Below, in pieces: positions 49,409-59,676 of a stretch of DNA of 64,000 bases (its first letter is position 1; every line of letters begins with the position of its first letter). The notes below the pieces were generated by a model that was not told the DNA's origin, ran no database searches, and was given only the letters and a program-made list of their open reading frames with translations. Source of the DNA: Alphaproteobacteria bacterium. GTDB taxonomy: Bacteria > Pseudomonadota > Alphaproteobacteria > JAAEOK01. Location of the stretch: positions 88,764-152,763 of the forward strand of contig JAAEOK010000042.1 of assembly GCA_024244705.1 (NCBI GenBank), in the 5' to 3' direction. The translations under genes and the position numbers were made by a program.

Positions 49409-50237
49409 GTGCGGGCCCATGACAACGTCGGCCAAGAAACCGCTTCCGACCTCGCCTCTCAATCGGGCAATCTCATAACTGACATGACCCGGAAAACCAA
49501 ATCTCCGGCGCGCGCGGAACTGCCTTTCGTTGCCGGCGCCATCACCGCAGCGATCATGCTTTCCGTCGGTGATTATTGGTTCGCCGACATTCGCAACCCC
49601 GCGCTCGCCCTGGCCCTGTTCGTCTGGATTTTCGTGGCCATGCTGTGGGGTGCTTTTGGCGTCGTGCGCCATGCCGACGCGCTCGCCGAGCTGCTCGGCG
49701 AACCGTTGGGCACCTTGATCCTGACGCTTTCTGTTATTGGCATCGAAGTGTCCCTGATCACGGCGATCATGTTGGCCGGTGACGGCGCTCTGTCCTCTAC
49801 CATGCGGTATTCCTGGTCTTGACCATGGTGCCGATCGTGTTGCTGTCGAAAAAACTCGCCACACTGGTCGACTTTGCCGTCGACTCATGGCAGCTTCCGG
49901 TTGGATTGAGCGGAATTCTCATCGCCCTGCTGGTCCTCGCGCCGGAGGGCGTCAGCGCGCTCAAAGCGGCGCTCGCGAATCAACTGCAGCGCTCGGTCAA
50001 CATCTGCCTGGGATCATCGCTCTCGACCATCGGCATGACCGTGCCGGCGGTCGTTGCGATCGCTCTTATCACCGATCAAAAGTTGGTTCTGGCCTGTCAC
50101 CCGTCGCCATAACACTGCTGGTTTTGACGCTCCTGGTCTCGACGATCACGTTCAGCGGGCGACGTACCAACATGCTGCAGGGCGCCGTGCATATGGTTCT
50201 TTTCCTGATCTATGTCGTTTTGACGATCCGGCCTTAG
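49409..50237 (+). pseudogene. chaA: decayed Ca2+/H+ (CaCA family, ChaA-like) antiporter gene: internal deletion plus 1-nt frameshift
   Basis: Three consecutive ORF fragments in different frames (49409..49822, 49819..50112, ...50237) each matching successive ChaA regions (alpha-1 repeat GEPLGTLILTLSVIGIEVS, alpha-2 repeat IIALLVLAPEGVSALKAALANQLQRSVNI, C-terminal NMLQGAVHMVLFLIYVVL). About 150 aa of the middle is missing. Confidence 0.6.
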
Positions 50238-50297
50238 GAATCGCCGCCACCATCGGCGACCGGACACGATCGAACAGCCCATTCGACGCCCAAAAGC

Positions 50298-51260
50298 CTA
50301 CGCGGCGGGACGGTCCGGATAGTGGTGGGCGTAGAGGCAGAGGAACTCGACCGCCAGCGTCGCCGCCGTCAGCGCGGTAATCTCCCCGACGTCATAGGCT
50401 GGCGCCACCTCGACCACATCCATGCCGACCAAATTTATGCCCTGCAAGCCGCGCACGATCTCGAGCGCCTGGAACGACGTCAGACCCCCGGAGACCGGGG
50501 TGCCGGTACCGGGCGCATAGGCGGGGTCGAGGCAATCGATATCGAATGTCAAATAGCAGGGAGACTCGCCGACGATGCGCTTTATTTCGGCGATCACGGC
50601 CTCGATCCCGTTGTAGTGCACCCACCGCGCGTCGAGGATGTTGAAACCGCGCGTGTCCTCGTTGGTCGTTCTCAACCCGACTTGCACCGAACGCGACGTT
50701 TCGACGAGCCCTTCCCGGGCGGCATGGAAAAACATCGTCCCGTGATCGGCCCGGTCGTCCTCATCGGTCCAAGTGTCCGAATGGGCGTCGAAGTGGATCA
50801 GCGACAAGGGTCCATGTTTGCCGACATGCGCCTTGAGTAGTGGATAAGTAATGAAGTGGTCGCCGCCCAGGGTCAGGACTGCCGTGCCTTGCTCGATGAT
50901 GGTCCGCGCATGCTGTTCGATGGCGCCCGGGACCGTTTCCGGGCGTCCATGATCGAAGGCGCAGTCGCCATAATCGACCACCGCCAAACGGTCGAAGGGA
51001 TCGAAGGCGCTAGGCCAGATTCTTGGCCATGTAAGCTCCGTCGACGCGGCGCGGATCGCGCGCGGTCCGAAACGGGCGCCGGGGCGGTTGGTGGTCGCGG
51101 TATCGAGCGGCACGCCGGTGACCGCGACGTCGACCCCCTCGAGGTCCTTGCTGAAGCGGCGGCGCATGAAGCTCAGCCCGCCGGCATAGGTTGGTTCGGA
51201 AACCGTTCCGTAGAGATCGGTCCGCGTGAAGGCATGGTCGTTGCGGTGCTTCTGCGGCAT
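50298..51260 (-). CDS. speB: agmatinase / ureohydrolase family (arginase fold)
   Basis: Mn-binding motifs GGDHFITYP, DAHSDT, SFDIDCLDP. Confidence 0.8.
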   Translation of the reverse strand: MPQKHRNDHAFTRTDLYGTVSEPTYAGGLSFMRRRFSKDLEGVDVAVTGVPLDTATTNRPGARFGPRAIRAASTELTWPRIWPSAFDPFDRLAVVDYGDCAFDHGRPETVPGAIEQHARTIIEQGTAVLTLGGDHFITYPLLKAHVGKHGPLSLIHFDAHSDTWTDEDDRADHGTMFFHAAREGLVETSRSVQVGLRTTNEDTRGFNILDARWVHYNGIEAVIAEIKRIVGESPCYLTFDIDCLDPAYAPGTGTPVSGGLTSFQALEIVRGLQGINLVGMDVVEVAPAYDVGEITALTAATLAVEFLCLYAHHYPDRPAA

Positions 51261-51410
51261 TAATTCGCGTATTCCCTGGCTGATTTTCTGAGCCGGAGAC
51301 TACCATTGTTGAGACATGACTGGCAGTTGGAATCGACCCACACGAACCGACTTCGCTTAGAAACAACTGTCTGGGATTTGTGCCGGCGCGGCCGCCGGCC
51401 GGGACGCGAT

Positions 51411-51746
51411 CTATTTAAGGCAGCTCTTCACGATGTTTATGCACGGTGTCGGCGGGCCGAACAGACGGCGTTCCAGTCCCTCATAGGCGACGTGTTCGAC
51501 ACGGTCCCGGTAAATCGTGAAATCGGCCTGGCAGGTAAAGGCAAAATCGCCGTGCATTTCGGTTCGAACATAGGTGAGCGTCTCTTTCGCTGCGCCATAG
51601 GCGTCGCGGGTTGGAAGTCCTGCGCAATCGAGCAATTCGGATTTCTTCATGCCCAACATTTGCGTCCTCGCCGTCTGCGTCTCATCGACGCTAAGGCTGC
51701 ACGCCGACAGAATACAGGCCGCACCAAGCACGAAACTCCTAACCAT
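51411..51746 (-). CDS. small lipoprotein, BamE/SmpA-OmlA-like
   Basis: Lipobox LSAC. Motif GMKKSELLDCAGLP resembles the BamE domain. Confidence 0.4.
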   Translation of the reverse strand: MVRSFVLGAACILSACSLSVDETQTARTQMLGMKKSELLDCAGLPTRDAYGAAKETLTYVRTEMHGDFAFTCQADFTIYRDRVEHVAYEGLERRLFGPPTPCINIVKSCLK

Positions 51747-51916
51747 TCCGGCCACCCACGTTATCCGATTCCAGGCGCCCGCGACCCGATGTCACAGGCA
51801 TTCTGTCCAATAGTGGTAGATAACCCTAAAGCTTTGATTAATCTTGGCATGTCGAGTAAGTTGCGCGGCGTCCTCCCCAGGGCACCCGAGCAACCAAACC
51901 CATGAGCTGATATCCG

Positions 51917-52438
51917 ATGCCACACCAAGCTGTGCCCCCCGTGCGGTTAATTGCGTTCACATTGCTCCTTACGATACTGGTTTTTGCTTTCGGCGCCCGC
52001 GCCCAGCAACAGCCCCTCGAACCCGAAGCGACGTTTGACGATTGGGCCAAGGCCTGTGAGGAAATCCCTCAAGGCGGCCGAAAGTGTTTCGTGTTCCAAA
52101 ATGTTACGACTCAGGACGGAACGCGGCCGATCGTCACCCTGACGGTTCTCAAGGTACCCGAAGCCGCGCGGCCGATTCTCCTGCTTACGGTTCCGCTCGG
52201 CGTCTTCCTGCCGCAGGGATTGGGCATGAGCATTGACGGCAATGAGCCGCTGCGCATACCGCTTCAGATCTGTTCACCCAACGGCTGCCAATCGCAATTC
52301 GAATTTCCGGACAAGCTGCTCGGCGCCTTCAAGGCGGGCAACAACGGGACCGTAAAAATGTTCGATCCGGGCGGAAAGGAAGTAAACGTTCCGTTTTCGC
52401 TCAAGGGCTTTACCAAGGCCCTGGCCTCGATCAGTTAG
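51917..52438 (+). CDS. invasion-associated locus B (IalB) family protein, secreted
   Basis: Signal peptide. IalB-like length and conserved Cys pair (CSPNGCQ). Confidence 0.65.
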   Translation: MPHQAVPPVRLIAFTLLLTILVFAFGARAQQQPLEPEATFDDWAKACEEIPQGGRKCFVFQNVTTQDGTRPIVTLTVLKVPEAARPILLLTVPLGVFLPQGLGMSIDGNEPLRIPLQICSPNGCQSQFEFPDKLLGAFKAGNNGTVKMFDPGGKEVNVPFSLKGFTKALASIS

Positions 52439-53604
52439 CCGGAAGCCGTGCCCTCCGCGTCGGCTTGAAGTGGGAACGGTTCGGCCTCGCCCATCGGCCA
52501 TTTCTCCACATAAACCGACTGGGATGGAAACGCGAAGCCGGAACCGGCGCCTTCGACTATTGTTTTGATCTTGAATGCGAAATCCTGCTTGACGTCGAGC
52601 CATTCCGCCCAGTTTGTCGTCTTGGTAAAGCAATAGATCATAATATTGATGCTCGAATCGGCGAACTCGTCGACGAAAACCAGGGTCGACACCCGCTCCG
52701 GATCCGTCTCGAACGCATCGGTGTCGTGAATGTGGTCGCGGATCTGGTGCACGATCGTGCGGAGTTGGTCCTGTGTGGTCCGGTATTCGACGCCGACCTT
52801 CCAGTAAATGCGGCGATTCGTCATTTTCGAGTAGTTGATGATCGGCTCGTTGGTTAGCAGACTGTTTGGCACCGTCACCAGCGCCTTGTCGAATTGCCGG
52901 ACGCGGCTCGCAATCAAGCCTATCTCCTCGACGACGCCCTCTAGGTGGCTGGTCTGAATCCAATCGCCACGATCGAAAAGCTTGTTCATGAAGATCATGG
53001 TGCCGCCGAAAAGGTTGGCGATCATGTCCTTGGCACCGAGCGCGAACGCCATGCCGGCCAGACCGAGACCGCCCAAGACGGCGGCCACGTTGAACCCCCA
53101 TTCCTGCAGCACGGCCGCGATGCCCAAGATTACGATCAACACTTTGAGTATTTTTACGGCAAACGCGTGCAAGGTCTCCTGCGCCGTCAATGGCGTTCCC
53201 AATTGCGCCAGGACCCGGTCGATAAGGTAGGAAAACGGCTCCACCATCAGGAACAGAGCCCAGAATATGGTGAAAATTATCAGCACACGGATCAGGCTGT
53301 GGACCCAGTCCCCGGTATCGACCGAGCCCGACACGACCTGGACCGCCACGTACAGGCCGAGAACGAGAAACGCGAACTGAACCGGCTTTTCGAGAGCATC
53401 GACGAACATGTTGTCGATTCTGGTGGACGTTCTATCCGCCAACCGACGCATCGCCTTGAGGATCACTCGGGTAAAGAATCCGCGGGTCACCGAAAACAGG
53501 AAAAAGACCAAAACCGCGGCAAGAATCGGACCCAAGCTGACCCCGAAGACACCGGCTTTCCAGACCAATGCGACCTGCTGCCAGAATCCTTCAAGAATAT
53601 CCAT
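52435..53604 (-). CDS. mechanosensitive ion channel family protein (MscS-like)
   Basis: MscS TM3-like GLGLAGMAFALGAKDMIANLFGG plus beta-domain. Start at MDILEGF. Confidence 0.8.
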   Translation of the reverse strand: MDILEGFWQQVALVWKAGVFGVSLGPILAAVLVFFLFSVTRGFFTRVILKAMRRLADRTSTRIDNMFVDALEKPVQFAFLVLGLYVAVQVVSGSVDTGDWVHSLIRVLIIFTIFWALFLMVEPFSYLIDRVLAQLGTPLTAQETLHAFAVKILKVLIVILGIAAVLQEWGFNVAAVLGGLGLAGMAFALGAKDMIANLFGGTMIFMNKLFDRGDWIQTSHLEGVVEEIGLIASRVRQFDKALVTVPNSLLTNEPIINYSKMTNRRIYWKVGVEYRTTQDQLRTIVHQIRDHIHDTDAFETDPERVSTLVFVDEFADSSINIMIYCFTKTTNWAEWLDVKQDFAFKIKTIVEGAGSGFAFPSQSVYVEKWPMGEAEPFPLQADAEGTASG

Positions 53605-53825
53605 CACATCACCCAAAAAAACACGGCGCGAGGTTGCGTCGGGCTGTACAATCGAGGCGACGTGTGAATAATCGTTTTTGCCCGTGGCCGCAACACGCGG
53701 CCGTTCCTGCAGCACGAGCCAGACGTTGCCCTTGTCACGAATTTGTCCCACCGAAGGGGCAAACTCGCTTGATAGGGCTAGTCTGTTCTATCACCAGAAC
53801 GGCGATTTCTAGGCAGGGGACCCGT

Positions 53826-54350
53826 ATGTTCAATAAGTCAAAGCAAAACAACAGCGAGCCCGCAACTCCGCGGCCCGCAGTACCCGAATCGACACCAACG
53901 ACGAAAGCGGAAAGCCCGGCCCCGGCACCCAAGCCGGTGGCCAATGTTGCTTCGGCATCGTCGATTATCAGTGCGGCGCTTAACGTCACCGGCAACCTTG
54001 ACTGTGCCGGCGACATCGAGATCAAGGGCACCATCGATGGCGACGTTAAGGCCCGCAACGTGCGTATCGACGAAAGCGGAAAGGTAAAGGGCAAGATCGT
54101 CGCCGATTCGGCGTATGTCGATGGCACGGTGCGTGGCCAAATTGTGGCCAAGAACGTGGCCTTGGCGGGATCGGCAAATGTCCGTGGCGATATTCTTCAC
54201 GAGTCGCTGTCGATCGAGGCTGGCGCTTTCCTCGATGGCAACTGCCGACGCCTGAAGGAGGCTGACCAAGCGGCCGATCAGCCGCAGAAGGAAAGGAAAG
54301 AGCCGGCGAAGCCGGCGGCAACAAATATGGCTGCCGCACCCGCAGGTTAG
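53826..54350 (+). CDS. bactofilin family cytoskeletal protein
   Basis: Beta-helical repeat signature (NVTGNLDCAGDIEIKGTIDGDVKA..., KGKIVADSAYVDGTVRGQIVA...). Pro-rich N-terminus. ATG at 53826. Confidence 0.75.
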   Translation: MFNKSKQNNSEPATPRPAVPESTPTTKAESPAPAPKPVANVASASSIISAALNVTGNLDCAGDIEIKGTIDGDVKARNVRIDESGKVKGKIVADSAYVDGTVRGQIVAKNVALAGSANVRGDILHESLSIEAGAFLDGNCRRLKEADQAADQPQKERKEPAKPAATNMAAAPAG

Positions 54351-54478
54351 AACCGTTTTCGGACTCTCTGGGTCACGCCGATAGCTGTGACCAATGTCAT
54401 TTCAGTGTCGCGCCCTTTCGTGCTAAAGAAGGCGCTCAAATACCATTTGTCCAAAGCAGAACGGGATAGAGGGTCCTC

Positions 54479-54952
54479 ATGAACACGCTCGCAAAACGAT
54501 CCACGACACTCGCCACCGCCGTGATTGTGCTTGGCGCCGTGACAGCCTGTCAGAATGTCGGAACGAAGACGCAAGTTGGTGCCGCGGGTGGCGCCGCCGC
54601 TGGCGGCCTGCTGGCAGCGGCGACCGGAACCGGGGCGGCCGGCATCGCCGCCGGCGTTCTACTCGGCGGCCTCGCCGGCGGCGCGATCGGCAACATGCTC
54701 GACCAGCGCGACCAGGAAATGGCGGCGCAAAGCACCCAGCAAGCCTTGGAGAGCGGCCAGACCGGTCAACAGACCCAGTGGGTGAATCCGGACAGCGGCC
54801 ATAGCGGTACCGTACAGCCGACCCGCACCTACCAGACGTCGAGTGGACAGTACTGTCGCGACTTCCAGCAGACAGTCACGGTCAATGGCCGGACCGAAAC
54901 CGCCACCGGCACCGCCTGCCGGCAGGCCGACGGTACCTGGCAGGTCGTTTAG
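54479..54952 (+). CDS. lipoprotein with glycine-zipper (Gly-zipper_2TM) region and 17-kDa-surface-antigen-like C-terminus
   Basis: Lipobox AVTAC. GxxxG-rich segment AAGGAAAGGLLAAATGTGAAGIAAGVLLGGLAGGAIG. Confidence 0.6.
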   Translation: MNTLAKRSTTLATAVIVLGAVTACQNVGTKTQVGAAGGAAAGGLLAAATGTGAAGIAAGVLLGGLAGGAIGNMLDQRDQEMAAQSTQQALESGQTGQQTQWVNPDSGHSGTVQPTRTYQTSSGQYCRDFQQTVTVNGRTETATGTACRQADGTWQVV

Positions 54953-54997
54953 GGAGGGCCGGGAGCAGCTGGCGCCTCCTTGCCGGTAACTGCCGGT

Positions 54998-55045
54998 CCC
55001 CAATCTCAGATTTGGGGATGTCCTGTGCGATTTCGGGACATCCCC
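54998..55045 (+). promoter_or_regulatory. two interlocked stem-loops (CCCCAAT..ATTTGGGG and GGGGATGTCC..GGACATCCCC) between the lipoprotein gene and the CHASE2 cyclase gene. Terminator or 5' regulatory structure.
   Basis: Perfect 10-bp inverted repeat plus an adjacent 6-7-bp inverted repeat sharing the GGGG. No U-tract. Confidence 0.3.
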
Positions 55046-55084
55046 AATTCGTTCCGTTGACACCCAAGCAGCCAAAATAGGGCC

Positions 55085-57307
55085 ATGCGACGCTGGCACG
55101 GCATCGTTGTTGGTCTGCTGATCCTTGCCGCCGGGGTCGGCGTCCGGTTTCAAGATCCGGAGCCGTTGCAGGCCCTAAGGCTCATGGTGTTCGGTGCCTA
55201 TCAGCGATTGCAGCCGCGGATCTATCAGCCGGCGCCGGTACGTATCATCGACATTGACGAGGAAAGCCTGCAGCGTCACGGCCAATGGCCGTGGCCGCGG
55301 ACCGTGATCGCGCGCCTCATCGACAGGTTGAGGGATAGTGGCGCGGCAACCATCGTTATGGACATCGTGTTTGCGGAAGTTGACCGCACTTCGCCGATCC
55401 AGGTCGTGCGTTCCCTTCCCGACCTCGAAAAGCGCGCCGCCATTTTAAGCGCGCTGCAAGACATCGACCTGCCCGACAACGACGACGTATTGGCCAAGGC
55501 CATCGTACCGGGTGGCGTGGTGACCGGATTCGCGCCCATAAACAGGCCCTCGCCCTTGCCGAACCGCGTCACGACATTTGCCTTCGTCGGAGCGGATCCG
55601 CTTCATTTCGTGCCGGCCTTTGGCGGCGCCATCGTCAACCTTCCCGACCTCGAAAAATCGGCGGCCGGGAACGGTGCCATCTATGCACAATCCGATGTCG
55701 ATGGGGTATTTCACCGACTGCCCTTATTCGTCAATATTCGCGGCGAGATGTACCCGTCGCTGGCGGCCGAAGGGCTGCGCGTCGGTCAGGGTGCCGCCAC
55801 CTTGATGTTGCGGTCATCAGACCAGCGCGATCTTGAGAGCCTCGGCACCGCGGCCGGGATTTCGAAAGCCAAGATCGGCGCGTTCGTGGTGCCGACCGAC
55901 CCCAACGGGCGTATGTGGCTCTACGATACGGGTCGTGTGCCGGAGCGCACAATTCCTGCCTGGGAGGTCCTCGACGGAAACTTCGACCCCTCGCGCGTCG
56001 AGGGCATGATTGCGGTGGTCGGCGTTTCGGCGGAAGGTCTTTCGGACGTTGTCGCCACGCCGCTCATTCCGAGAGCGACCGGCGCCGAGCTCAATGCGCA
56101 GGCGATGGAACAGATCCTGCTCCAAGATTTCCTGCAGCGCCCGCTTTGGGCCAAAGGCGGCGAGGTTCTGTATCTTATCCTGCTCGGTCTCGCGCTCACC
56201 ACCGCTTTCCTGGTCGACCGCTTCGGTGCCGTGATGTCGACGGTGCTCGGCGGAGTATTGGTCGCCGCCGGGGTAGCAATCAGCTGGTGGGCCTACGCGC
56301 AGCACGGACTGCTTCTCGATCCGGTCTATCCGGTTCTCATCGGCACGGCGATCTATCTGTCCAATTCGATCATGAAATACATCGTCAGCGAGGCACAGCG
56401 GAAGGAGGTGCGCGGAGCCTTCAGCCAGTATGTCGCGCCGGCGCTGGTCGACGAGCTCGCCCGCAACCCGTCTGCCCTCAAGCTGGGTGGCGAAAATCGC
56501 CAGATGACCGTCTTGTTCTGCGATGTCCGCAATTTCACCGCCATCTCCGAACAGCTCGATCCCGAGGGGCTGACGCACCTGCTCAATCGCTTTCTCACAG
56601 TGATGACACGCCTGATCCTGTCGCGCCGCGGCACCATCGATAAATATATGGGTGATGCAATCATGGCGTTTTGGAATGCTCCGCTGCCGGACCAGGACCA
56701 CGTTCGCAATGCCTGCGCTACGGCCTTGGCAATGGTCGGTGCATTGCCCGATTTTGACGAGGAATTGAAGGCCGATACCCAGTACAACGGTTTCGATTTC
56801 GGCGGTTTTCGGTGCGGGATCGGTCTCAATACCGGGCCCTGCCTGGTTGGCAACATGGGCTCGGAGCAGCGCTTCGATTATTCCGTCCTCGGCAATACGG
56901 TAAACATGGCCTCGCGCTTCGAGGGGCAATGCAAGACCTATGGGGTCCCCATCATTGTTGGTGAAAGCACCCACGATGAAGTGACGGATTTCGCAATGCT
57001 GGAGCTCGATCTCGTTCGCGTCGTGGGAAAACGCGAAGCGACCCGCATCTTCGCCCTGCTCGGCGACGATGAGACCGCGCGAACGGAACACTTCGAAAAC
57101 CTCCATCGAGAACATACAGCGTTGCTTTCGGCATACCGGCAACAACATTGGGACATCGCTCAAAAACAGCTCGAAATTTGCCGCCGGCAGATGGGTGAAA
57201 TCGACCTCGGCGGTCTCTACGATCTCTACCTAGACCGATTGGTGGCGTATATGGCGGAGCCGCCCGGTGCCGATTGGGACGGCGTCTTCGATGCAAAAAC
57301 AAAGTGA
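55085..57307 (+). CDS. CHASE2 sensor domain-containing adenylate/guanylate cyclase (class III)
   Basis: N-terminal TM plus periplasmic CHASE2-like region, 3 further TMs, C-terminal cyclase domain (VLFCDVRNFT, YMGDAIMAFW, GLNTGPCLVGNMGS, TVNMASRFEG). Confidence 0.85.
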   Translation: MRRWHGIVVGLLILAAGVGVRFQDPEPLQALRLMVFGAYQRLQPRIYQPAPVRIIDIDEESLQRHGQWPWPRTVIARLIDRLRDSGAATIVMDIVFAEVDRTSPIQVVRSLPDLEKRAAILSALQDIDLPDNDDVLAKAIVPGGVVTGFAPINRPSPLPNRVTTFAFVGADPLHFVPAFGGAIVNLPDLEKSAAGNGAIYAQSDVDGVFHRLPLFVNIRGEMYPSLAAEGLRVGQGAATLMLRSSDQRDLESLGTAAGISKAKIGAFVVPTDPNGRMWLYDTGRVPERTIPAWEVLDGNFDPSRVEGMIAVVGVSAEGLSDVVATPLIPRATGAELNAQAMEQILLQDFLQRPLWAKGGEVLYLILLGLALTTAFLVDRFGAVMSTVLGGVLVAAGVAISWWAYAQHGLLLDPVYPVLIGTAIYLSNSIMKYIVSEAQRKEVRGAFSQYVAPALVDELARNPSALKLGGENRQMTVLFCDVRNFTAISEQLDPEGLTHLLNRFLTVMTRLILSRRGTIDKYMGDAIMAFWNAPLPDQDHVRNACATALAMVGALPDFDEELKADTQYNGFDFGGFRCGIGLNTGPCLVGNMGSEQRFDYSVLGNTVNMASRFEGQCKTYGVPIIVGESTHDEVTDFAMLELDLVRVVGKREATRIFALLGDDETARTEHFENLHREHTALLSAYRQQHWDIAQKQLEICRRQMGEIDLGGLYDLYLDRLVAYMAEPPGADWDGVFDAKTK

Positions 57308-57400
57308 TCCAGGTCACTGATATTTTTCGGTTGCGGTATTATGCTCTGTCAGTCATGTGGTAACGTCTAACCGGCGACAAGCCAAACAAGACAACAGCCC

Positions 57401-58756
57401 GTGTCAACGAAGATGTACTTACAATATACAAATATCCGACGTCTGATCGTCATGATGTCTGTTGTCGGCGTCCTGACCGCTTTCCATCCGGCCACGGCCG
57501 AGAGCAACGAATCGCTCGAAGCGGAATACGATCAACTGTTCCGAGAATTGCTCAGGCAACCCAACGATTTGGATAACATGGCGCGGTTCGCCTATGTGGC
57601 GACGCAGCTTCGGAACTACGAGGCGGCGATCCAGACCTTCGAGCGGATGCTGCTGATCAACCCCAACCTGCCGACCATAAAGTTGGAGATTGGCGTTCTT
57701 TATTATCGTCTCAAGGCCTATGACACCGCCAAAGTATATCTGGAAGACGCGCTCACCGATCCGGCAATGCCGCCGATTTCGCGGGCTCGCGCCCAGCGCT
57801 ATCTCGACGAAGTCGATGAACGCGTTGCCGCCTCGACGTTCAGCGGCGCGGTACTGGCCGGAATCCGCTATCAGGACAACGCCAATGCGGGACCCGACGG
57901 TCCGTTCATCTTGTCTGGCGGTTTTCCGGCGATGATACCCACAGGATTTCAGCCGACCGACGATATCAACGGCTTCGTGTCCGGACGGGTGCGCCACCGC
58001 TACGACCTGGCGACGCCGTTGGACGAAGCATGGGTGACCGACGCCGAATTCTACGGCACCGCCCAAGTCGATCTCGACCAGTACAATGTCGGATTCATGG
58101 AGCTGCGCACGGGTCCCCGTATCGCCGTCCTGCCGCAGAGCGTCGATACCCTTTTCGTTCGACCCTTCTTCATCTCGAATGTTTCATTTATCGGTCAGGA
58201 CTTGTACGGCTATGGCTTCGGCGGCGGCGTCGACCTCGAGAAGGAATACGGCGACGATACAAAGGTCGGCCTGCGCTATATCGGGCTCTACAGGGACTTC
58301 CAAAATATTTCCGTCTTTCCCAACGATTCGGAAGACGGCGTTCAGCATCGCCTGACGTTTTGGGCCACCGATCGTCCCAACGAGGATTGGGTCCTTTACG
58401 GGCAGGTCCGCGGATTCGACGTGCAGGCGAATTCACCGCAGAACGCCTATCACCGCGTCGATGTCTACGGCCGCATCGGCTATTACTATGATGCGCCGTT
58501 CGATCTCGCCTGGCCGTGGCAGGTGTCTGTCGGCGGGTGGTACATCTATCGGGAATACGATGCCCCGGATCCGGTCGTATCGCCGTTCGTAACGCGGCAG
58601 GACGACGAATACCGAATTGCCATTTCGAACGACTTTCAGATCGATCGAGACTGGTCGATCTTCTGGCAGCTCGAGTACATCAGCGTCGATTCGAACCTGC
58701 CGAATTATACCTACGACAATCTGTCGACGTTGGTTGCCGCTCGGAAGCGATTCTAA
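57401..58756 (+). CDS. outer-membrane beta-barrel protein with N-terminal TPR region (Slam/DUF560-like architecture)
   Basis: Signal peptide. TPR-like helices (residues about 35-140). Alternating beta-strand pattern. C-terminal aromatic residue (…KRF) typical of OMP beta-signals. Confidence 0.45.
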   Translation: MSTKMYLQYTNIRRLIVMMSVVGVLTAFHPATAESNESLEAEYDQLFRELLRQPNDLDNMARFAYVATQLRNYEAAIQTFERMLLINPNLPTIKLEIGVLYYRLKAYDTAKVYLEDALTDPAMPPISRARAQRYLDEVDERVAASTFSGAVLAGIRYQDNANAGPDGPFILSGGFPAMIPTGFQPTDDINGFVSGRVRHRYDLATPLDEAWVTDAEFYGTAQVDLDQYNVGFMELRTGPRIAVLPQSVDTLFVRPFFISNVSFIGQDLYGYGFGGGVDLEKEYGDDTKVGLRYIGLYRDFQNISVFPNDSEDGVQHRLTFWATDRPNEDWVLYGQVRGFDVQANSPQNAYHRVDVYGRIGYYYDAPFDLAWPWQVSVGGWYIYREYDAPDPVVSPFVTRQDDEYRIAISNDFQIDRDWSIFWQLEYISVDSNLPNYTYDNLSTLVAARKRF

Positions 58757-58766
58757 GGAGGGCGCG

Positions 58767-59633
58767 ATGATGCTATCCAAACTTGCCACGGTGCCGTTTT
58801 GCGCCGCTGCGCTGTTGCTTGCCATCATGGGTGCGGCCTACGCCGCCGAAGTCGGTGTCACCGCCGCCGTCAATCCGAGCGCCCTGGGTACGCCGCCCGG
58901 CGAATCGACGCGCACGCTGGTCGTCGGCAATGATGTCTTCTTCGAGGAACGGATCGTCACCGAAGGCAGCGGACAGACCCAGATCCTGTTTCTCGATCAG
59001 TCGTCGCTGACCATCGGGCCGGGTTCGGATCTCGTGCTCGACGAGTTCGCCTATGACCCGGACACATCGGTCGGCAAGATGGCGATCTCCGTCACCACCG
59101 GCGTCTTGCGCTATATCGGCGGCCGGATCGCCAAACAAGAGGACGTCATTTTCACGACGCCCCACGCGACCATCGGCATTCGCGGCAGCAGCTTGGGCAT
59201 CGACACCGGCGCCGACCAGTCGATCGGCTACCGCACATCGGGGCGCATGTTCTGTGCCGACGACACGGAAGTCGTGGTGATCACCGAGGATGGCTGGGTC
59301 TGCATCATCGATGACGATGGCGTTCGCGTCGAAAAGGTGGACCCGGCGTGGCTCAAGAAATTCCTCGCCTCCTTTGTCGGCCGCGATGGCTCGCCGGACC
59401 TGCCGGAGGACGAAGTGGTCGAGAAGGTCGATGCCGAATGCGGCGCCGGTGCGCCCGTCGTCGGCGGCTTTTGCGGCGACGGCAGCCCCAAAGTACCGGA
59501 TCCGAAGGAATTCGACGACAAGGCCGAGGTCGAACAGTTCATTCAGACCGAATTGGACAATAACCTGGAGCCGAACGACGACATCCCGCAGGATTGCGAA
59601 GTCTGCAACTACGACGTCGATCAGATCCAATAA
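58767..59633 (+). CDS. FecR domain-containing secreted protein with acidic C-terminal tail
   Basis: FecR-like core (VVGNDVFFEERIVTEGSGQTQILFLDQSSLTIGPGSDLVLDEF). Signal peptide. Strong RBS AAGGAGG upstream of the ATG at 58767. Confidence 0.6.
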   Translation: MMLSKLATVPFCAAALLLAIMGAAYAAEVGVTAAVNPSALGTPPGESTRTLVVGNDVFFEERIVTEGSGQTQILFLDQSSLTIGPGSDLVLDEFAYDPDTSVGKMAISVTTGVLRYIGGRIAKQEDVIFTTPHATIGIRGSSLGIDTGADQSIGYRTSGRMFCADDTEVVVITEDGWVCIIDDDGVRVEKVDPAWLKKFLASFVGRDGSPDLPEDEVVEKVDAECGAGAPVVGGFCGDGSPKVPDPKEFDDKAEVEQFIQTELDNNLEPNDDIPQDCEVCNYDVDQIQ

Positions 59634-59676
59634 AAGGCATTCAAATACGGCGTCATTGCTCCGCCGCCGAGCGCCT

